From: a virus
Strand: one strand, 5' to 3'
IMG/VR virus record: IMGVR_UViG_3300025423_000001
Span: 1-64,000 of that record
DNA: 64,000 bases
This document shows positions 58,177-64,000 of the stretch, in pieces (the stretch's first letter is position 1; each line of letters begins with the position of its first letter). Under the pieces are notes generated by a model. It was given only the letters and a program-made list of their open reading frames with translations. It was not told where the DNA came from and did no database searches. The translations under genes and the position numbers were made by a program.

Positions 58177-58848
58177 CTAAGCGGTTGCTGCCTCGCTTTC
58201 AGGTAACACAATCGCATGGCGCACCACGTTCTCGCCATCACCGCCTGTCTTTGCCTTCTTGGACAGCATTGCAAACGGATTGGTAGCCAACCCTGCAACA
58301 CTCGCACCAGCACTTGCCTCCTTCACCACAATGCTGCCACCATCCAGCGTAAGCAACGTGCCATTCTCGGTCTTCACCAAGTCCACGTAAGCCACAATCT
58401 CCTCGCCACGCAAGTTCCTGTTGAACAGGCTGTTGGTACTCAGGATGCTGAAGCTCACCTGTGTCCTGTTCAGGAAATACGTGTACAAATCGCTGGCCAA
58501 CGCCTTGTCACCAGCGTCTTCTGCGTCTTTAGCTGCAGCTAATACAGGTGTAAGCCGTGCTACAGCTTCCATGTCAACGGCCTCAACGTTGTAAATCTTC
58601 TTGCTCAACGTGCCACCATTGTAAGCCTCTACCAACGTACCATCACGCCTTGTGGCATTAACCACGTTGGTGTTCTCGTCGCCGCCTTTGGACACCAAGA
58701 ATTTCATTTTGCTGCGTGTTTCCAAATCAGCGTCAGCACGGTTGATAGCTTTACGCTTGTTAAAGATGGCCATTGCGCCTTTAAAATCCATGCGGCCTTT
58801 GCTGTCTTTAAGCTCAATTTCCAGATTACCAATTACAAACTTTGACAT
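58177..58848 (-). CDS. Hypothetical protein
   Basis: Likely start MSKFVIG; strong codon bias (GCT/CGT/AAA). Confidence 0.6.
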   Translation of the reverse strand: MSKFVIGNLEIELKDSKGRMDFKGAMAIFNKRKAINRADADLETRSKMKFLVSKGGDENTNVVNATRRDGTLVEAYNGGTLSKKIYNVEAVDMEAVARLTPVLAAAKDAEDAGDKALASDLYTYFLNRTQVSFSILSTNSLFNRNLRGEEIVAYVDLVKTENGTLLTLDGGSIVVKEASAGASVAGLATNPFAMLSKKAKTGGDGENVVRHAIVLPESEAATA

Positions 58849-59255
58849 AACATACGCGTGTTGTCCAGCCGCCGCTGGTTGTTTGATGTGAATTAAGAAT
58901 GCTTTCCGGCACTGAAATTTCCGGCCAGCCCTGAAATCTTGAAGATTCCAAGGCCACCGGTACCTTTCCCGCCAAAACTTAGCCGGGGCGTTCATCGGGA
59001 GGTGGTACCCCCATCGAACAACACGCATCCTGTTTACTATGAGGCTAGGCATCTTCCCCATCTTGATACCCGCCCCTACCAACACGCATCACTTACCAGT
59101 GGGTCATCCCTCTAACCTGATTGCTGCCCCACCAGACGACACACACACCCCTTCACTGCAGCCTACCCAGGTTACCCACACCCACTCGGCTCTCCATCAG
59201 CCTACATCCCTTACCCAGCTTACCATCTAGGCTCTGAGCTGTCGCATATTCGTAT

Positions 59256-59263
59256 TACATTTG
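59256..59263 (+). promoter_or_regulatory. Bacteroidetes -7 element for rightward operon
   Basis: Perfect TACATTTG, framed by inverted repeat tgtcgca/tgcgaca. Confidence 0.55.
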
Positions 59264-59391
59264 CGACAAAGCGCCCACGACTTTGACTCACACTTAGTAA
59301 CCTTGCTCCATACACAGCCCACTCCATCCATCTTCAGTTTGCCTACATTAGCGGGCTGAAGCAGGGACTGGCTAAGCAGTCTATCTACCCC

Positions 59392-59862
59392 ATGTCAACT
59401 TTCACCGTAGTCAGCTACAATAGCGACTTCACACCGCACTCCATCGAACGCTTAAGCGACAACCAAACATTCACCATCGGAGAGATGATTACTAACTCTG
59501 TGGGTATGCGTGGCAACATCAAGTCTTTCTCTCTCAGCAAGGACAGCTCTAAGGTATTTGTCACTACTACATGGTCAGGCGTAGGCTTTGACCTCGAGAG
59601 CGCCCAAAAGGTGCAGTTACTGCCCTCACGTTTCCAGATGCACGACCAGGTTAGGCTGCGTATCGAGCAGAAGGATTACCAAGTTGATGGCAAGGGTATC
59701 GGGCAACCTCGCACCTCACTTATCGCAGCCCATGTCCGTGGCATACACTTCTGCGGCAAAGTTGTAAAATACGACCTCGACGTAGACATCAACTGGCCGG
59801 CAGAGGCTACAGTACGCATGTACAATGTAGGACAATCACTTCTCAGCGCACCAACCACTTAA
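59392..59862 (+). CDS. Hypothetical protein
   Basis: First ORF of rightward operon. Confidence 0.55.
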   Translation: MSTFTVVSYNSDFTPHSIERLSDNQTFTIGEMITNSVGMRGNIKSFSLSKDSSKVFVTTTWSGVGFDLESAQKVQLLPSRFQMHDQVRLRIEQKDYQVDGKGIGQPRTSLIAAHVRGIHFCGKVVKYDLDVDINWPAEATVRMYNVGQSLLSAPTT

Positions 59863-59897
59863 TCACCAGCCCTCAGCTAACAACTGGGGGCTTACCT

Positions 59898-60104
59898 ATG
59901 GTACACGTCATCCCCATACACGATTCCATATCCCACAGCCTTGACACATCGTGTACGTGCAACCCTGCCGTGGAATACGGCAAAGGAGACTTCATCGTGG
60001 TGCATGATGCCCTGGATGGCAGGCTTGGAGTGGAATGGGCCAACCAACTTCTTAACCAGCCTACTCAAAGATACGGATGGGAAATTGTGTTAAAGGAAAG
60101 TTAA
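59898..60104 (+). CDS. Small His/Cys metal-binding protein
   Basis: HVIP..H..CTCNP..VVHDALDGR. Confidence 0.55.
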   Translation: MVHVIPIHDSISHSLDTSCTCNPAVEYGKGDFIVVHDALDGRLGVEWANQLLNQPTQRYGWEIVLKES

Positions 60105-60203
60105 ACCTGCCCCTAATTATCGACTCGTGGGGTATATTAGGGATGCTACGACGAAAACGATGTAGTGGCCGTTGCTAATCAATAATCCAATATCCTATAC
60201 AGT

Positions 60204-60593
60204 ATGAAACTCTACACAGAACAAGACCTTTTAGCTTTTGGGGAATACATACTCTCCAAAACTACTAATCCTGAGGAATCATTAGAAACCCTGGCAGATA
60301 ACTTCAGGCTGATTAAAAACAGTATCAACAAACCAGATTACACCCGTGGGCAAGAAGTGATGTCTGTTTCCTTTAACCCCGGACAACGTGCTGATGTGGC
60401 CGCCATTAAGCAAGTATTTGCCGATGCTTTTGACGAAATTGACATACACGTCACAGCTAAAGTCAAAGAAATAGATAGTTACTTCACCTTAGTCCAAAGC
60501 TCGCAAAAGGGTGACGTACTTAGGCTCGCCGCAATAGCCAAAACTAACCTTGAGACAGCCCAGATGTATGCTGTCAAAGTCGTTACACGATAA
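60204..60593 (+). CDS. Acb2/Tad1-like helical-hairpin protein (candidate cyclic-nucleotide sponge)
   Basis: SFNPGQRADVAAIKQ...RLAAIAKTNLETAQMYAVK resembles the Acb2 C-terminal helix pattern. Confidence 0.55.
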   Translation: MKLYTEQDLLAFGEYILSKTTNPEESLETLADNFRLIKNSINKPDYTRGQEVMSVSFNPGQRADVAAIKQVFADAFDEIDIHVTAKVKEIDSYFTLVQSSQKGDVLRLAAIAKTNLETAQMYAVKVVTR

Positions 60594-60611
60594 TCCAGTA
60601 AACCATACAGT

Positions 60612-60866
60612 ATGAAATACCTAAAGCTCACAGCAGTACTATCACTGCTATTACTATCCTTCAAGACAGGTGACAACAAACCGACACCACCAACGTCCTA
60701 CACCATCACACTTTCTGTGCAGCAGTTACAGGCCTTGTCCTACAGCCTGGACAAAAGCAATGCTGAACACACGGTAGTTACCGAGTTGGTAAAGACCATC
60801 AATGAACAGGTGGAAAAACAGTACAAGGCTGCCATGGACACAACACAGGCTAAACCTAAGCATTAA
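60612..60866 (+). CDS. Small secreted protein
   Basis: Signal peptide MKYLKLTAVLSLLLLSF. Confidence 0.55.
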   Translation: MKYLKLTAVLSLLLLSFKTGDNKPTPPTSYTITLSVQQLQALSYSLDKSNAEHTVVTELVKTINEQVEKQYKAAMDTTQAKPKH

Positions 60867-60869
60867 ATC

Positions 60870-61712
60870 ATGACAGAACCGGCTAAGCACATACCCGTAG
60901 ACTACGACGATGGCAAGCACCTGTACTCACTGCAGGGCATGCGTTACACTTCAGCTTCACAGCTCGTGGAGAAGTTCGGTAACCATTTCGATGCTGACAC
61001 TGTGGCTATTGGGTATGCTGCTAAGCATGGAATGACACCTGAGTACTGGAAAGACAAATGGGCCACCAAAAACGAGAAGTCTAAGATACGCGGCAACAAC
61101 ATACACGACCAGCAAGAGCTGATACTGAAAACACGTATGCTGGACATCTACGACGACAGACAGGTGCCGGTACATGATGGGCTGATACAAGAAACAGACC
61201 CATGGTACAATAGGCCAGACGGTGTGTACACTGAGGCTAAGCTCTGGCACCACGGTTATAGGCTGGCAGGTAGGAGTGACAAGGTGATACTGCTTACCCA
61301 CTATCCAGTGGAATTTGCCAATCCGTCCGAGACCATCCAGCGCTATGCCCACGTCGAAGACTACAAGACCAACGAGTCTTTAAACTTTGAAAGCTATCAA
61401 TATCCCAACGGCTCACGCAAGATGATGAAGCCGCCGATAGCACACATACAGGATTGCAATTGGCAGCACTACTGCCTCCAGCTTTCCATTTACATGCTCA
61501 TGCTTGAGTACCAGGGGTTCCTGCCCGGCAAGATGAGCATCACACATTTCCCGCATCCAACATCTGATAATCCAATACCCAAGCTGGTCAAGTACCCAGT
61601 ACCTTACCTCAAGAAGGAAGTGGTTACCATGGCCAGCTTCAATCTACGTTCCTATGCCACAGCCAACAACAATCGAATGCAACAAACGCTTAGCACGGGA
61701 GGTGGCCGATGA
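60870..61712 (+). CDS. PD-(D/E)XK nuclease
   Basis: RGNNIH, TE, LAGRSD, EDYKT, YCLQLSIY. Confidence 0.8.
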   Translation: MTEPAKHIPVDYDDGKHLYSLQGMRYTSASQLVEKFGNHFDADTVAIGYAAKHGMTPEYWKDKWATKNEKSKIRGNNIHDQQELILKTRMLDIYDDRQVPVHDGLIQETDPWYNRPDGVYTEAKLWHHGYRLAGRSDKVILLTHYPVEFANPSETIQRYAHVEDYKTNESLNFESYQYPNGSRKMMKPPIAHIQDCNWQHYCLQLSIYMLMLEYQGFLPGKMSITHFPHPTSDNPIPKLVKYPVPYLKKEVVTMASFNLRSYATANNNRMQQTLSTGGGR

Positions 61713-61965
61713 ACAGGCCGTAGCTCTCTCGGTTGTAGAACACGCCATCCACCATTACGGGGAATTCATTGCTACCACCATCCGCTCAGGCGGGATGGAG
61801 GGTGTGTTCATTCCGTACCTTGGAAAGATAAGCGTGAAACACCGGGAGCAGCAATTCAAAGACTACATCCACACACTCAGCCCGATAGAACAGACTGTGC
61901 TGAGAAACATGAAACAAGACGAACTTGACATAGTGTTTGCTTACAAAGAGGAGGCTGCCGTATGA
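61654..61965 (+). CDS. HU/IHF-like DNA-binding protein
   Basis: GVFIPYLGKISVK; position before terminase as in crAss-like phages. Confidence 0.55.
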   Translation: MPQPTTIECNKRLAREVADEQAVALSVVEHAIHHYGEFIATTIRSGGMEGVFIPYLGKISVKHREQQFKDYIHTLSPIEQTVLRNMKQDELDIVFAYKEEAAV

Positions 61966-62648
61966 GACTATTCTTACTTGACTCTAACTACCAGGTAGAG
62001 CTGAACAAGGAATGGATAATGCTCATTCCTGAATTCGCAGCCTTACTCAAGAGGGACAAAGGCAGCAAGGGAGACTACCGTGGTGACCTTAAACTCAAAA
62101 CGCGCAAAGAGCTAACATTCATATACTTTGACTTAGACTTCACCTCCCCCATACGTGAGTGGCCGGACTTCGAGCGTAGGGAAGAGGCTATGCGGTTTGC
62201 CGGACTCTCCGAAGCTGACCTTGACGGGCCTGTGATGGAAGCCCACGTCATGTACAACAAGCTACTCCTCCAATCATCCCGAAGCCTAAAGACGTTACGC
62301 TCGATAGAGAAATCCCTGGACGCCATGGACACTTACTTCGAGGACATAGACTTCTCAAAAGAAGACAAGAAAGGCGAACTGGTACATGACCCAGCCAAGT
62401 ACATACTCAATCTTCAACGTATAGGTGCCGCCTATGATAGCGTAGACAAGTTCCGCAAGCGTGTACAAGAAGAACTGAAAGGGGAAGCCAGCATTCGTGG
62501 TACAGCCACCCTTGGCCGGAAAGAGACTGCTGGTATGGGTGAATGGAAAGAACAGACTGAAGCTCCAGTTGCTACAGCCATCAACTTCAGTAAGATAGGC
62601 AGCCTGCTCAGAGGGGCTGTAGAGGAGGAAGAAGATGGGATGGCATAA
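61962..62648 (+). CDS. Conserved protein upstream of terminase (possible small subunit)
   Basis: RDK..ELTFIYF..DF.SP motif; overlaps TerL start. Confidence 0.5.
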   Translation: MRLFLLDSNYQVELNKEWIMLIPEFAALLKRDKGSKGDYRGDLKLKTRKELTFIYFDLDFTSPIREWPDFERREEAMRFAGLSEADLDGPVMEAHVMYNKLLLQSSRSLKTLRSIEKSLDAMDTYFEDIDFSKEDKKGELVHDPAKYILNLQRIGAAYDSVDKFRKRVQEELKGEASIRGTATLGRKETAGMGEWKEQTEAPVATAINFSKIGSLLRGAVEEEEDGMA

Positions 62649-64000
62649 CCTCAGTAACACAGCACAATTCTCCTACACAGCCAGAGACTTTATCAAGAAT
62701 GGTGGCCGGTATTGCCTTGCCCCAATTGGCAGCCGTGAATGGAACGAGTTTTGGGACATAGAGGCTAAACGCTGTCGTGAAGGCTACAAGATAGGTGACA
62801 CATGGATAACAGGCAGGCACTACCACTACCTGAACTTCACACCCATCTGGAAAGTGCCGGACGATGTGGGCATCAAAGCATTCAACGAGGCCAAGAATGG
62901 CAAGGCTAAGATAGGCAAGCTGACCGCTGAAAAGGTGTTCAGCTTTCCGCGTTTCTACGAGACAGGCTACGAATGGTACAGGTTTAAGCACATAGCCTGG
63001 TATGGGGGTGAGTTCATGGGTATCAACTCGCCCGGGGCCAAGCACATAGGCTGCGCCAAAGCAAGAGGTGCTGGCTGGAGCTACATGGAAGCCCAAGATG
63101 GTGTGTACAACTACACATTCGTAGACGGTAGTAAGAACTACTACTACGCTGGCATCGAACAATATCTTACTGTGGATGGTATCCTCAACAAGGTACAGCC
63201 CATGCTTGACTGGATAAATGACCACTGCCCTGATTGGAAGAAGAACAGGCAGAAGAAGAACACACTCATGCACATGCGGGCTAGCTATATTGACGCATTC
63301 GGGACTGAGCGTGGAAGCATGAGCGAGATAATCGGCGTGGTAGTAGACGACCCAGAGAAGACAAGGGGTAAGCGCGGGCGCAAGATAACCTTTGAGGAAG
63401 GAGGCTCATTTCGCAACATCAAGAAGGCTTACAACGTGGCACAAGGCTCTATGAAAGATGGTGACATCTACGTCGGGCAGATGACTGTGCTCGGTACCGG
63501 TGGCGAGGAAGGCCCTGACATCGAAGGGTTGGAGGATATGTTTTATGACCCAGAAAGCTTTGACATGCTGGCATTCCCCAACGTGTGGGAACCTGGCTTT
63601 GAGAATACAACCTGCGGCTACTTCTGCCCTGTGTGGCGTACCAAGTCCACCTTCATGGATGAAAACGGAAACGTTGACATAGCCATGGCCATTGAGAGTG
63701 AGAAAAAGATTAGGCTGCAGAAGAAGAAGGCCAAAGACCCGAATGTGTTGGATGGACATAAGGCTGAGTACCCAATCGTACCATCTGAAGCTTTCAAGCG
63801 TCTCAAGCGCAACTCTTTCAACGTGGCAGAAGTGGAAGCCCAAATACGGCGCATAGAAACCCAACAGGCCATACAAGGTATGCTCCGGCACGGGCAACTC
63901 ACCCGGGATGAAAAGCTGGGCGTAGTGTTTATTCCTCAGCCTAAAGACGTGGCCAAGCCAGTGGAAGAATACCCACATAACCAGAAAGGAGACCTTGAAG
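62635..64000 (+). CDS. terL: Terminase large subunit (3'-truncated; not in ORF track)
   Basis: Translated by hand: EFWDIEAKRCREGY..ITGRHYHYLNF, KARGAGWSY, FEEGG, GTGG. Frame open to window end. Confidence 0.9.
   Translation, partial: MGWHNLSNTAQFSYTARDFIKNGGRYCLAPIGSREWNEFWDIEAKRCREGYKIGDTWITGRHYHYLNFTPIWKVPDDVGIKAFNEAKNGKAKIGKLTAEKVFSFPRFYETGYEWYRFKHIAWYGGEFMGINSPGAKHIGCAKARGAGWSYMEAQDGVYNYTFVDGSKNYYYAGIEQYLTVDGILNKVQPMLDWINDHCPDWKKNRQKKNTLMHMRASYIDAFGTERGSMSEIIGVVVDDPEKTRGKRGRKITFEEGGSFRNIKKAYNVAQGSMKDGDIYVGQMTVLGTGGEEGPDIEGLEDMFYDPESFDMLAFPNVWEPGFENTTCGYFCPVWRTKSTFMDENGNVDIAMAIESEKKIRLQKKKAKDPNVLDGHKAEYPIVPSEAFKRLKRNSFNVAEVEAQIRRIETQQAIQGMLRHGQLTRDEKLGVVFIPQPKDVAKPVEEYPHNQKGDLE

Noticed and set aside
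57762-59390. CRISPR or mini-array in long non-coding stretches
   Set aside because: No regularly spaced identical repeats; the 60870 nuclease is a stand-alone PD-(D/E)XK with no cas context
62608-63978. Minus-strand ORFs of 221 and 190 aa at the window end
   Set aside because: Shadows of the + strand terminase, which the ORF track missed because it lacks a stop in the window
1-64000. Stop-codon reassignment as in some crAss-like phages
   Set aside because: Long genes are intact under the standard code, TAG and TGA act as real stops at gene junctions, and no suppressor tRNA is seen

Overview
About 64 kb of a crAss-like (Crassvirales-related) phage genome. The host is inferred to be a Bacteroidetes species from TAnnTTTG promoters, SD-less leaders and the integrase type, and the code appears standard. 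On the + strand, 1-25.5 kb is late/virion genes: a 5'-truncated giant cargo protein, a 3737-aa virion RNA polymerase (DFDVD motif) fused to a zincin domain, tail and fibre-like genes, and a lysis cassette. A minus-strand tyrosine integrase and a likely attP interrupt the lysis cassette; the attP carries a host-type promoter plus only the 5' half of tRNA-Gly(CCC). On the - strand, 25.5-57 kb is replication and early genes: 5'-3' exonuclease, HNH, rIIB split by a group I intron with a LAGLIDADG endonuclease, rIIA, primase, MazG-like protein next to a thyX remnant, AAA ATPase, DnaB, SF2 and Dda helicases, dNMP kinase, PolA, a tmRNA, candidate ncRNAs, a glycosyltransferase/methyltransferase pair and many small ORFs. 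57-59.4 kb is a divergent control region with a RepL-like wHTH gene and operator-like repeats. On the + strand, 59.4-64 kb holds an Acb2/Tad1-like ORF, a PD-(D/E)XK nuclease, an HU/IHF-like protein and a 3'-truncated terminase large subunit. The most notable inference is a temperate crAss-like phage whose integration would swap promoters with a host tRNA and physically split its own lysis cassette. All calls come from motif reading by eye; no database searches were run.
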